Below, one piece after another: positions 40,263 through 49,790 of a stretch of DNA of 64,000 bases (position 1 is its first letter; the number at the start of each line of letters is the position of its first letter). The notes under the pieces were generated by a model. The model worked only from the letters and a program-made list of their open reading frames with translations. It was not told the origin of the DNA and searched no databases. The stretch spans positions 1,760,001 through 1,824,000 of the forward strand of contig CAVYGN010000002.1 in NCBI GenBank assembly GCA_963768055.1, in the 5' to 3' direction. Both the position numbers and the translations under genes were made by a program. This stretch comes from an uncultured Spirochaetota bacterium. GTDB taxonomy: Bacteria > Spirochaetota > Brevinematia > Brevinematales > JAOACQ01.

Positions 40263-41297
40263 TTATTGGGAATTATATTTTTCAGTATATTCTTTCCAGA
40301 ATAATTGATTTTGTTTCAGTAATTTTGGAATGTCCAGATTATAAGGGCATCTGCCGACGCATTTTCCGCACTCTGTACATTTATCAACCTGCATAATCTG
40401 ATCGTTAACCATTGAAAATGCCCTTTCAAACGGCATTCTTTTAATGAATGAATTGACCACCAATACTGTGCTGATCTTAATATCTTCGGGGCAGGGCTGG
40501 CAATAATCGCACCTGTGACACCAGACGCCGCCGGATTCTTTGCGTATTCTTTCGATTTCTTCTTTTTCCGATTTTGAAAGCGGAATCATCTTATCAACTA
40601 TGTCGGATATTTCTTTCATTTCGCCGATTTTTTCAATTCCGGGGTCCGGGACAATGCCGTCGAACTGCAAAAGATATTTAAAACAGAGATTTGCATCGTT
40701 CAAAAGTCCGCCTCCCAACGGCTTCATTGCAATAATTCCCAGGTTCATTTTTTTTGCAAGGGGTATTACTTCTTCTTCAGCCTGCCTGTCTATAAAATTA
40801 TACGGGATCTGAATCGAATAGAATTTATCGGTCATCAGCATTTTTTTTGCAATACTCATCGTATGGGAGCTGAATCCTTCGAATCTGACTTTACCCTGTT
40901 TTACGGCAAGCGACAGCCCTTCATAAGCTCCGTCTTTTGCCATTACAGCGTTAAATTTTTCTTCAGAGCTTACGCCATGAAGCTGATAAATATCTATATA
41001 ATCGGTTTTGAGTCTTTTCAAAGAATTATCGATATGTTCCAAAATGGTTTTTTTATCGCCTGCCGCAGACTTTGTTGCAATTACAAGTTCGTGCCTTGGA
41101 ATTCCATTAATTGCAATTCCTATTTTTTCCTCGCTGTCGGAATAGCCTTTCGCAGTATCGATGAAATTTATACCTAAATTCAAAGATTCTTTAATTACTT
41201 CGACGGCTAGGGGTACTGGGAGACGCATGATCGGAATTCCTCCGAATGCAACTCTGCTGACCATTAATCCTGTTTTACCGAATGCTATTTTTTTCAT
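40263..41297 (-). CDS. Aldo/keto reductase with C-terminal 4Fe-4S dicluster
   Basis: FGGIP, FIDTAKGY, SLKRLKTDYID, AMKPLGGG, CHRCDYCQPCP, CTECGKCVGRCP. Confidence 0.92.
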   Translation of the reverse strand: MKKIAFGKTGLMVSRVAFGGIPIMRLPVPLAVEVIKESLNLGINFIDTAKGYSDSEEKIGIAINGIPRHELVIATKSAAGDKKTILEHIDNSLKRLKTDYIDIYQLHGVSSEEKFNAVMAKDGAYEGLSLAVKQGKVRFEGFSSHTMSIAKKMLMTDKFYSIQIPYNFIDRQAEEEVIPLAKKMNLGIIAMKPLGGGLLNDANLCFKYLLQFDGIVPDPGIEKIGEMKEISDIVDKMIPLSKSEKEEIERIRKESGGVWCHRCDYCQPCPEDIKISTVLVVNSFIKRMPFERAFSMVNDQIMQVDKCTECGKCVGRCPYNLDIPKLLKQNQLFWKEYTEKYNSQ

Positions 41298-41375
41298 AAT
41301 GCCTTTCTAATACAATTATTTCAAACCTTGATAAGGATATTTAAATCCTGAATTTAAGTCAAATCGGTAAGTTGC

Positions 41376-42368
41376 TTAATTTTTTTCAACCCTCGCACCC
41401 TGAACAATCAGCGGCTTATAAATTGCCGAAGCCCCGGATTCGTAAAGGGCGCTTTCCAGCGGCGAAATATCTTCCCCGGGCCAGAGGGCTATTATCGTAC
41501 CGCCGCTGCCCGCTCCTGCAAGCTTCGCCCCAAGGGCCCCGGCTTTAAGAGAAGCGGAAATCAGCCGTTCGTTCGGTTCGCCCGAACCTCCCAGCAAACG
41601 CTGGATTTTGTGATTTTCATTCATCAGATCCCCTAAAAGCGGCCAGTCTTTTAAAATAAGCGCCTTTTTTCCCTGCCTGGCAAGGTCCGCGATCTTTTTA
41701 TATCCTTCCACAACGTCGGCCTCGCCATTCAGCCAGCGTTCCGCGATGGGCCTGTGAACATTGCCTGAAATTCGTTTCACTCCGGTATGAGCAAGGATAA
41801 AGGGCAGATCTTTTACAAAACCTGCAAGCGGTTCGACCGAAGCGTAATTTTTATCATCTGTAATGCCTGAAAAATATTTCCCCCTGAATTCCATATAATT
41901 CAGGCCCCCGAAAACGTTCATATAGGCATCCTGAAACCCGCAGACGATTTTGAGGTGATTAAATTCTATATAACGTACCTTCTCAGCAAGCTCGTAAGAA
42001 TTCGGATATATTCCCCGCCAGGCAAGAAGCGCCTGAAGTATGGCAGTAAGAAGGGCGGTGGAACCGGCCATGCCGCTTTGAACTGGGATCACGCTTCCGA
42101 ATCGGATCCGGCAGCATAATTCCGGCAATTCCATGAAATCGAGGACCGCGCGCACTATATCGAAAGAATCGTTCCGTAAACGTATATCATCCGGACCGGC
42201 TACTTTAATTTCCCTGCCTCCCGTTTCCATTACAAGGCCCTGTTCGGGCGTCAGGGCTGCAAAGGCGAGCATTCCTATCGAACAGGAAAGGACCGCTCCT
42301 CCGTACATATCCGATGGATTTCCGATAATAGCCGCCCTTCCCGGCGCGGTTGCAGTCAGCCCGGTCAT
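41376..42368 (-). CDS. GHMP sugar kinase, glucuronokinase-like
   Basis: GRAAIIGNPSD, IPVQSGMAGS, CGFQD, AKLAGAGSGG. Confidence 0.8.
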   Translation of the reverse strand: MTGLTATAPGRAAIIGNPSDMYGGAVLSCSIGMLAFAALTPEQGLVMETGGREIKVAGPDDIRLRNDSFDIVRAVLDFMELPELCCRIRFGSVIPVQSGMAGSTALLTAILQALLAWRGIYPNSYELAEKVRYIEFNHLKIVCGFQDAYMNVFGGLNYMEFRGKYFSGITDDKNYASVEPLAGFVKDLPFILAHTGVKRISGNVHRPIAERWLNGEADVVEGYKKIADLARQGKKALILKDWPLLGDLMNENHKIQRLLGGSGEPNERLISASLKAGALGAKLAGAGSGGTIIALWPGEDISPLESALYESGASAIYKPLIVQGARVEKN

Positions 42369-43243
42369 ATCTTTCCGGCCAGGTCTTTTATATATTTGCG
42401 GACGGAGTTTCCGTACCGGGAGTCGGAAAGTGAAAAATCGATAAAAGCCCGGAAATAGCTCTCAAAGTTGCCTATGTCGTAGCGTCTCTGATTTGCTGAA
42501 AGAGGCCAGGCGTAAACCGGCCTTCCCATGCCGATAAGCAGCCTTATCGCATCTGTCAACTGTATTTCGCCGTTCCTGCCGGGCCTGGATTTTTTCAGGG
42601 CCTCAAAGATATGCGGGCTGAAAACATACCTTGCGGCAACTGCGAGGCAGCCCGGTGAGTTTTCCGGAGAAGGTTTTTCGACAATATCGGCCATAACAGC
42701 CGCTCTGCCGGAGCCTGGCGGGCCTTTATGCCCGATATCGGCAATACCGTAACGAAAGGTCTCGGCGGGTGAAACCTCTTCGACGGCTATAGTCGCAGAA
42801 GCTCCCGATTCCCTGTGGAACTTCAACATTTCAGGAAGCAATTCCTCATTATCTTTTGCATCGATGATGCTGTCTCCCAGTGCAACGGCAAAATCTTCAC
42901 CTCCTGTGAAATCTTCACACAGAGATACGGCATGTCCCAGACCCCTTGGAATGTCCTGGCGCGTGTAAAAAAAACGCAATTTACCTTCAAGGAATTTAAA
43001 ATCCTTCAACGCTTCGCCGCTTAATGAATTGTCAATGTCCAGATGGTCTTCGATCGCCCTTTTTTGCCTGCAGGTAACTGTCATTACCTGGGTTATTTCC
43101 GCCCTCAGCAGTTCTTCAGCCACATAATGTATTACAGGTTTTCGTCCGACCGGCAGCATCTCCTTCGGCAGGGCTTTGGTAAGGGGTAAAAGCCTTGTTC
43201 CCAATCCTGCAGCCGGTATGACCGCCTTTACGATCGGAATCAT
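42365..43243 (-). CDS. UTP--sugar-1-phosphate uridylyltransferase (GalU-like)
   Basis: KAVIPAAGLGTRLLPLTKALPKEMLP, RGLGHA, LGD, VEKP, GEIQLTDA. Confidence 0.9.
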   Translation of the reverse strand: MIPIVKAVIPAAGLGTRLLPLTKALPKEMLPVGRKPVIHYVAEELLRAEITQVMTVTCRQKRAIEDHLDIDNSLSGEALKDFKFLEGKLRFFYTRQDIPRGLGHAVSLCEDFTGGEDFAVALGDSIIDAKDNEELLPEMLKFHRESGASATIAVEEVSPAETFRYGIADIGHKGPPGSGRAAVMADIVEKPSPENSPGCLAVAARYVFSPHIFEALKKSRPGRNGEIQLTDAIRLLIGMGRPVYAWPLSANQRRYDIGNFESYFRAFIDFSLSDSRYGNSVRKYIKDLAGKI

Positions 43244-43266
43244 TTTTCCCTCCTTGAAGAAACTAT

Positions 43267-45039
43267 CTAACGGTAATGATAAAAATTTTGAAGTTCATAG
43301 AAAGCCAGTTTTCTTTTCTTTTTATCGGCGGACAATAATCCCTTAATATTATAAAAATTCTGAATCGGATGCAGACGGCGGGGGCACCGGAAATCGTAAA
43401 GAATCCATGGGGAGAGGCCCTTTACGCTTTTAATTTTCGCTATCACGGCAAGCTGGTTTTTATAAACGTCAAGCTGGCAATCCTCGGTGTAGATATCTTC
43501 TGATGAACCTCTTTCCCCAGCCCGGGCGTCCGCCCCGAATTCGGAAATAATTACCGGCTTGGACGGCCTGCTGTTTCTGAATATCGTTGAAAGTTTATTA
43601 AAATCCCTCTCGTACCACCCGTAATATTCATTTATACCTATGACATCCAGGTGCTCCGCTATACGGTCGGCTATCTTTAAATTTTCATGGTCTACAAGAC
43701 AGGCTGCGGATACAAGCCTTGAAGGATCGATTTCCCTCGCCTTTTGAACCAGTCCGGCCATGAATCTGTAACGGGGATCGGTATCCGGGTTTTCATTGCC
43801 CACAGACCAGAAAATTACGCTTGCCCTGTTTCTATCCCTCTTGATCAATTCCGTAAGCTGGTTGATAGCATCGCGGTATGTTCCGGGATTGGAAAAATCG
43901 ATAGCCCAATAAACCGGTATTTCTTCCCACAGCATGATGCCCATTTTATCTGCGAGTTCTGCAGTTCTTTCGGTATGGGGATAATGGGCCAGCCGGATAT
44001 AGTTGCAGTTCAATTCCTTTGCAAGCGATATATTTTCTATAATCTCGTCGTCGGACATGGCTTTTCCGTTTTGAATGCTTTCCTCATGGCAGCTTATTCC
44101 CTTAAGAAAGACAGGTTTGCCGTTCAACAGGATTTCATTCCCGTTCGTTCTGATCTCGCGGAAGCCTATACTGTCCCCGACCGAGTCATTAGCATAGGAT
44201 AAAGCCACATCGTAGAGCTTCGGTTTTTCAGGAGACCATAATTCAGGGGCAGCCTTGAAAAGGGCTTCTCCCCTGCCGCCTTTGACAGCGATCGGAACGT
44301 GGAGGGAAAGCCCGGGTATATCAAGAACGGCTTTACCGTTTTGCACCTCGCCGGCCACGGCCATGAAGGCCCTGATTAATTTAAAATCGCTATTAGGGAC
44401 CAGGCTCAGACTGAATTCACTTATAAAAGTTTCAGGAAGCCTGATTAATTCGACGTCGCGATAAATCCCGCCGTAATTGAACCAGTCCATATTCTCGCAT
44501 GGAACATTCGTTCTTTTACGGGTGTTATTGGCCACGATTAGAATCCTGTTGGTATTTTGAAGAAAATCGGTCGCTTCAGCATAAAAAGGGGTTGAGCCGC
44601 CTAAATGCAACCCGACGAATTTGCGGTTAAGGAAAATCTTGGCTTCGTAATTGACAGCTCCGAATTTGAGAAAGACCCTTTTCTCTGCGTGACGCCTGTA
44701 ATTGAAAGTCCTGGTATATATAGCGCTTCCTTCGTATAAGAAAAAGCGTTCGCCAAGCATATTCCAGCATGAAGGCACAAAAATAGTTTCCCACTGTTCA
44801 AAGCTGAAGTCAAGAGGGAGCGGCCGGCCCTCGTCATCAAAATAACTTTCCTCGTACCACCTGGAACGGATGCAGTTGTCGTATTGATCTATCCCGAAGT
44901 TCCACCAGCCGTTGAGGGATTCTTTTTCCCTGCCGCGGTCGAAGATCATCTCGTCGCTTTTAATAAGTTTTTTTAAGAAGGGAGCATTGTAATCGATATC
45001 ATGTATATTGGAAAAGAAATCATCCTTCTGAAGCGCCAT
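43267..45039 (-). CDS. GH2 beta-glucuronidase-like glycoside hydrolase
   Basis: DWFNYGGIYRDV, RLAHYPH, WSVGNE (acid/base), ISEFG (nucleophile), YYGWY, N-x-K-G (NIKG) motif. Confidence 0.9.
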   Translation of the reverse strand: MALQKDDFFSNIHDIDYNAPFLKKLIKSDEMIFDRGREKESLNGWWNFGIDQYDNCIRSRWYEESYFDDEGRPLPLDFSFEQWETIFVPSCWNMLGERFFLYEGSAIYTRTFNYRRHAEKRVFLKFGAVNYEAKIFLNRKFVGLHLGGSTPFYAEATDFLQNTNRILIVANNTRKRTNVPCENMDWFNYGGIYRDVELIRLPETFISEFSLSLVPNSDFKLIRAFMAVAGEVQNGKAVLDIPGLSLHVPIAVKGGRGEALFKAAPELWSPEKPKLYDVALSYANDSVGDSIGFREIRTNGNEILLNGKPVFLKGISCHEESIQNGKAMSDDEIIENISLAKELNCNYIRLAHYPHTERTAELADKMGIMLWEEIPVYWAIDFSNPGTYRDAINQLTELIKRDRNRASVIFWSVGNENPDTDPRYRFMAGLVQKAREIDPSRLVSAACLVDHENLKIADRIAEHLDVIGINEYYGWYERDFNKLSTIFRNSRPSKPVIISEFGADARAGERGSSEDIYTEDCQLDVYKNQLAVIAKIKSVKGLSPWILYDFRCPRRLHPIQNFYNIKGLLSADKKKRKLAFYELQNFYHYR

Positions 45040-45247
45040 TTTTGTCCCCTGAATTCAAAATACGGCGTTAAAGTATAAATTCTTATCCAATTATTTTCAA
45101 TACAAATTTTATAATTCTCTCAAAGCTTCAACAGGCGATATTCTTCTTGCCCGCCTTGCAGTGACAGCAGTATAGCCGTCCCCCGTCTGTCATATTTTGA
45201 TTAAAGTCAGTTATAACCTTAGAATATAAACCGATGCTGGAGGCATA

Positions 45248-45994
45248 TTGATGCTGGATTATCTTTTTCCCGACCTTAAAAGAAGATCGGGACTGAAGGA
45301 AATCATGGACGGGGATTCGGCGGATATGAAAAAACTATTAAAGACTGTCAGTCAATTCGGATTATTGAATTTTCTCTTTACAGCGTCCAGAAGGCTCATA
45401 AGGAAAAATTTTTTCAATGTTATGAAACTGTCTCCGGAAGTTGAATATACTATGCTCGATATAGGCGCCGGGGGATGCGATATTGATAAATGGGCTGTGA
45501 ATGAAGCCCGGCGGTCAGGCTTCAAACTTCGGGTAACCGCACTCGATAACGATGGGCGGATATTGCCGGCGGTGCGCCTGGCGCTTAAAGATTATCCGGA
45601 GATCAGGATCGTTCAAGCCTCAGCGTTTGATTTAAACGATAATGATAAATATGATTTCATATTTTCAAATCATTTTCTGCATCATCTTGAATGGGACGGC
45701 ATAGGGAAAATAATCCGCTATGCCATGTCGGCGGCCAGGATTGGGTTTTTATTCAATGATATCAAAAGGACAATGAGCGCTTACATATTTTATACGATTT
45801 TTACCGCGATTTTTATACATGGGAGCCTTGCTTATTACGACGGGCGCCTTTCAATACGCAGGGGTTTCCTGAAAGAGGAATTGCGGGTATTTCTGGATCA
45901 ATTACCGCGCCGGCAAAACGGCCTTGACATTGAATTAGCGGAAACCTTTCCCTCAAGGATATATATAACAGGAACAGCGGGTTTACCAGGGTGA
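45248..45994 (+). CDS. SAM-dependent methyltransferase
   Basis: EIMD, LDIGAGGCD, SNHFLHH, ND, DGRLSIRRGF. Confidence 0.85.
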   Translation: MMLDYLFPDLKRRSGLKEIMDGDSADMKKLLKTVSQFGLLNFLFTASRRLIRKNFFNVMKLSPEVEYTMLDIGAGGCDIDKWAVNEARRSGFKLRVTALDNDGRILPAVRLALKDYPEIRIVQASAFDLNDNDKYDFIFSNHFLHHLEWDGIGKIIRYAMSAARIGFLFNDIKRTMSAYIFYTIFTAIFIHGSLAYYDGRLSIRRGFLKEELRVFLDQLPRRQNGLDIELAETFPSRIYITGTAGLPG

Positions 45995-46050
45995 CACTGG
46001 TTAAACAATTGATAATTATGGATGAATCCGTGGTATAATAATATAATTAA

Positions 46051-46223
46051 GGGCGGTTCCAAAAACTAGATTTTTAAAAAATAATCGTAATAATGAATCT
46101 AATAATTCCGCCCAATAGTGCCCTGGTGCCTGGCCCCAGGACAGGCCACTTGTCCCCGTAAGGGTTTATCCCCGTCAGGGGGGCTACCTTGCTGCCCCAA
46201 GGGGGCAGTTATTAGAAGTGCCC
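46051..46223. mobile_element. MITE-like non-autonomous element (173 bp)
   Basis: Terminal IRs GGGCGGTTCCAAAAACT / AGTTATTAGAAGTGCCC (13/17); TTAA on both flanks (46047-46050, 46224-46227); GC-rich internal hairpins. Confidence 0.6.
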
Positions 46224-46266
46224 TTAACATGTAGAAGTTAAATAAAAAGATATTCTACAGAACGAA

Positions 46267-46293
46267 GTGACATATTTTGAAGTTTCATGTGTT
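46267..46293 (+). promoter_or_regulatory. Putative ECF promoter (autoregulatory)
   Basis: GTGACA-N15-TGTGTT; same layout as 49740-49766. Confidence 0.6.
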
Positions 46294-46313
46294 CAATATA
46301 TTAACAAGAGGTC

Positions 46314-46802
46314 TTGATGCAGAAAACCGACGTCGAGGAATATTATAAAAAGTATGGCCCTATGGTGCTGAGGAGATGCAGGTGGCTTCTCAAAGACGAG
46401 GAAAGGGCGCTTGATGCTATGCAGGATGTGTTTGTTCTTCTACTGAGAAATCTGGACAGGCTTAAAGGCGAATATCCGTCAAGCCTTTTATACAAAATGG
46501 CGACCAATGTCTGCCTGAACCTGATCCGGGACAGCAGGAAAATAGCCGAATCAAGGGATGAGGAAGTTTTGAATTCGATCGCATCGGCCGGCGATCAGTT
46601 TTCCGGGATAGTTGAGAGCGACATATTAAACAGGCTTTTTGACGGCGAGAAAGAATCGACAAGGGCCATTGCCGTATATCACTACATAGACAGGCTGACG
46701 CTGGAGGAAACTGCGAAGGAGACAGGTCTTTCTGTTTCAGGGGTGCGGAAGCGTTTGAAAAGGCTCCGAGAAAAAGCCGACATTCAGGAGAAATTATTAT
46801 GA
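46314..46802 (+). CDS. ECF RNA polymerase sigma factor
   Basis: ALDAMQDVF, LYKMATNVCLN (region 2), LTLEETAKETGLSVSGVRKRL (region 4). Confidence 0.92.
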   Translation: MMQKTDVEEYYKKYGPMVLRRCRWLLKDEERALDAMQDVFVLLLRNLDRLKGEYPSSLLYKMATNVCLNLIRDSRKIAESRDEEVLNSIASAGDQFSGIVESDILNRLFDGEKESTRAIAVYHYIDRLTLEETAKETGLSVSGVRKRLKRLREKADIQEKLL

Positions 46803-47593
46803 AAGAGAATAATATATCGGATCTTAAGCTTGAAAGATATTTTCTAGGCGAATTGCCTTCCCGGGAGCTCAATAAAATAAAGTCCTTATTGGAGACGGAC
46901 CAAGCCCTTTCAGAACGTCTCGATAACCTTAGAAAATCCAACGAGGATATACTAAGCCTTTATAAATCTTCGGAAATAGCGGAGAGGATCCAACGCCGCC
47001 TGAGGGCCTCGGAGGCAGAGGCCTACACCCGGGGAAAATCGGGAAAAAAAGCCGGTATGTTCAGGCGTTATAAATTTTTAATGCCCGCCCTGTCTGCCGC
47101 AGTACTGGCGGCCGTAATGATTCCGATCGTTATTCTGTATATAGGAAATGGGAATGATTACCGTGTCAAGGGGCAGGCTTCCCTCCTGATATACAGGAAA
47201 ACCGCATCCGGCGGAGAACTGCTGAAAAACAGCGATAATGCAAGGAAAGGCGACCTTCTCCAGCTCGGATATACTGCCGGGAGGGAAAGATACGGAGCGA
47301 TATTTTCCATAGACGGCAGAGGCAATCTTACATGGCATTTTCCTTTAAATGTCAGTAACGATACCCGGCTTGAACAGGGGCGAAGGGCATTGCTGCCGGA
47401 ATCTTATGAACTCGATAATGCGCCGGAATTCGAACGCTTCTTTTTTGTTATGTCGGATAAGAAAATAAACCTGAGCGATGTTATCCTTAACGCAGGTATT
47501 CTGGCCGGGGACCCCGGCAGCTCCGGAGTAAAAAGCCTTGAACTTTTTAAGAATTATCAGGTGATTGTAATAACATTATTGAAGAGGGATTAA
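46799..47593 (+). CDS. Putative anti-sigma factor (ActD-like; single TM, DUF4384-like periplasmic domain)
   Basis: ISDLKLERYFLGEL N-terminus, central TM, RVKG motif, GDLLQLGY, FSIDGRG, SYELDNAPEFERFF; ATGA-coupled to the sigma gene. Confidence 0.72.
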   Translation: MKENNISDLKLERYFLGELPSRELNKIKSLLETDQALSERLDNLRKSNEDILSLYKSSEIAERIQRRLRASEAEAYTRGKSGKKAGMFRRYKFLMPALSAAVLAAVMIPIVILYIGNGNDYRVKGQASLLIYRKTASGGELLKNSDNARKGDLLQLGYTAGRERYGAIFSIDGRGNLTWHFPLNVSNDTRLEQGRRALLPESYELDNAPEFERFFFVMSDKKINLSDVILNAGILAGDPGSSGVKSLELFKNYQVIVITLLKRD

Positions 47594-47596
47594 AAG

Positions 47597-49726
47597 ATGA
47601 AAATCCGGATTTGTTTTGCAGTCCTTTTTATAAACATGATTATTTTTATGCATGCTTACAGCTTTCAGGAGAATGGTACGCCCCTGCGGAGGTTCGGCTT
47701 TTTTATTGGTGAGAATGACGGCGGCCATGACCTGGAACCCTTACGCTATGCAGTGCGCGATGCCGAGTCGGTTTCCCGCCTGTTCATGGAAATGGGTGGT
47801 ATAAAACAGCAGGACAATATATTCCTAGTAGAGCCGTCACTGGAAGAAATCCAGGGTAAGCTGAAAACTCTTAAGACGAAGCTTGGATCGCTACGAAGCA
47901 AATATTCCAGGCTGGAGCTGATTTTTTATTATTCAGGCCATTCCGATGAAGAAGGCTTACTGGTCTCGAAAGATAAATTTTCATATAAAGATTTAAAAGA
48001 TGCAATCAGAGACATGCCTGTCGATATGCGTATTGTTATACTGGATTCATGTTCTTCAGGAGCGCTCACAAAGCTTAAGGGAGGAACCAGGCAGCAGGCG
48101 TTTTTAATGGACAATTCGATAAAGATGGAAGGTTATGCGATCATGACCTCAAGCTCTTCAGATGAAGCCTCCCAGGAGTCCGACAGCCTGAAGGGCTCAT
48201 ATTTTACCTATGCTCTGATATCAGGACTCAGGGGGGCTGCCGATACGGGGGGAAATAAAACGGTTACCCTTAATCAGGCCTATCAGTATGCTTACAGGGA
48301 GACCCTTGCGAAAACGGAAAAAACTCTCGGGGGGGCCCAGCACCCGAGCTACGATATACGTATGAACGGTTCCGGAGATGTCGTATTGACCGACCTCCGG
48401 CGGACGACAGCCTCTCTGAAACTTGCGCCGGACATTTCCGGCAGGCTTAATATCCGTGATGATTCCGGCATCCTCGTGGCGGAGATAAACAAAGTCGAAG
48501 GCAGCACTGTCGAACTGGGGATGGAACCGGGTCCCTATAAAATCAATGTTGAAATCGGCAGGAAGGACTACCAGGGTGAAATAACGATTAATGAAAACGA
48601 AAGCGCCGTTTTTTCAAAAGATTTACTGGCTGAGGTAAGTACGGAAAAGACAACAATGCGCGGAAATGAAAATTCTGCCGATCAAACGAATAAGCCTTCT
48701 GAAAATTATATTACGATCCCGTTCTCTTTGACCGTTTTACCATTGTTAAATACTACATCAAATAAAACAATCATCAATCTGGAGCTGAATATCGGCGCAG
48801 GGTACTGCGACAGGCTCGAGGGGACAGCTATCGGGTTTGTTAATATCACAGGAGAGAATGCAAAATACCTGGACTTATCCCTGACCAGTTTGACTTTTCA
48901 TGATTTTACCGGATTTGAAGCCTCTCTTCTGGCCTTCACAGGCCATGATTTTAAAGGCGCACAGTTATCGCTGGTTAATATAGTAATGAATGATTTCGAT
49001 TCGTTTCAGTCGGGGCTTGCCAATATAGACGGAAGAGACTTTCATGGCGTTCAATTAGGACTTGTTAATATCGATGGAAATAATTTCAACGGTTTCCAGG
49101 CAGGCCTGGTTAATATTATAGGGAACAGTTTTTCAGGCTTCCAGGCCGGATTGGCTAACCTTGACATTTATTCATTTAACGGCCCGGAGATCGGGCTTCT
49201 TAATATAAATACTGAAGTGAGCGGCTTGCAGCTCGGGCTTATCAACTTTTCCACCGGGCTGAACGGCGAAGCGATAGGGCTGATCAGTGTCGTTTTATCT
49301 AACGGTCAGACGCATCTAGAAGCCTGGGCGGATGAAACGGGATTTTTAAACATAGCCTTGATCAACGGCTCCAGGACAGTTTACAATATTTATACGATAG
49401 GCATCGATACGGCAGGGACATACTGGACATACGGGCTTGGATTGGGTTTACATATACCGGCCGATCCTTTCTATATAAACGTTGAAATTATAGACTCCAG
49501 CGTCAGCCATATCGCCGCATGGGACGGCAATAATACTCTCGGAAGGTTCAGGGTATATGCGGGTTTCAGTATTTTCGAACATCTGTCAGTGATAGCGGGC
49601 GTCTCGCTGAACTACTACAGGAATTGGAATGGAAATTCGGCCTATGTTCCCTCCTTTAATATAAGCAAGAGTTTTGCGGACGGCGGCATATTGTGGCCCG
49701 GAATTTTCGCCGGACTGCAATTTTAA
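47597..49726 (+). CDS. Secreted caspase-family (C14) protease fused to 15-aa surface repeats and a putative beta-barrel
   Basis: Signal peptide; LRYAVRDA; YYSGHS and ILDSCSSG (His/Cys dyad); SYFTYALISGLRGAAD; GxQxGLxN repeats; terminal FAGLQF. Confidence 0.88.
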   Translation: MKIRICFAVLFINMIIFMHAYSFQENGTPLRRFGFFIGENDGGHDLEPLRYAVRDAESVSRLFMEMGGIKQQDNIFLVEPSLEEIQGKLKTLKTKLGSLRSKYSRLELIFYYSGHSDEEGLLVSKDKFSYKDLKDAIRDMPVDMRIVILDSCSSGALTKLKGGTRQQAFLMDNSIKMEGYAIMTSSSSDEASQESDSLKGSYFTYALISGLRGAADTGGNKTVTLNQAYQYAYRETLAKTEKTLGGAQHPSYDIRMNGSGDVVLTDLRRTTASLKLAPDISGRLNIRDDSGILVAEINKVEGSTVELGMEPGPYKINVEIGRKDYQGEITINENESAVFSKDLLAEVSTEKTTMRGNENSADQTNKPSENYITIPFSLTVLPLLNTTSNKTIINLELNIGAGYCDRLEGTAIGFVNITGENAKYLDLSLTSLTFHDFTGFEASLLAFTGHDFKGAQLSLVNIVMNDFDSFQSGLANIDGRDFHGVQLGLVNIDGNNFNGFQAGLVNIIGNSFSGFQAGLANLDIYSFNGPEIGLLNINTEVSGLQLGLINFSTGLNGEAIGLISVVLSNGQTHLEAWADETGFLNIALINGSRTVYNIYTIGIDTAGTYWTYGLGLGLHIPADPFYINVEIIDSSVSHIAAWDGNNTLGRFRVYAGFSIFEHLSVIAGVSLNYYRNWNGNSAYVPSFNISKSFADGGILWPGIFAGLQF

Positions 49727-49739
49727 CATCCCACCAAAA

Positions 49740-49766
49740 GTAACACATTCTCCTCTTTCCCGTGTT
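49740..49766 (+). promoter_or_regulatory. Putative ECF promoter for the caspase-less paralog
   Basis: GTAACA-N15-CGTGTT (AAC/CGT ECF hallmarks), followed by AACAAGA as in the copy upstream of sigma. Confidence 0.65.
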
Positions 49767-49790
49767 TAAATATTATAAACAAGAAGGAGA

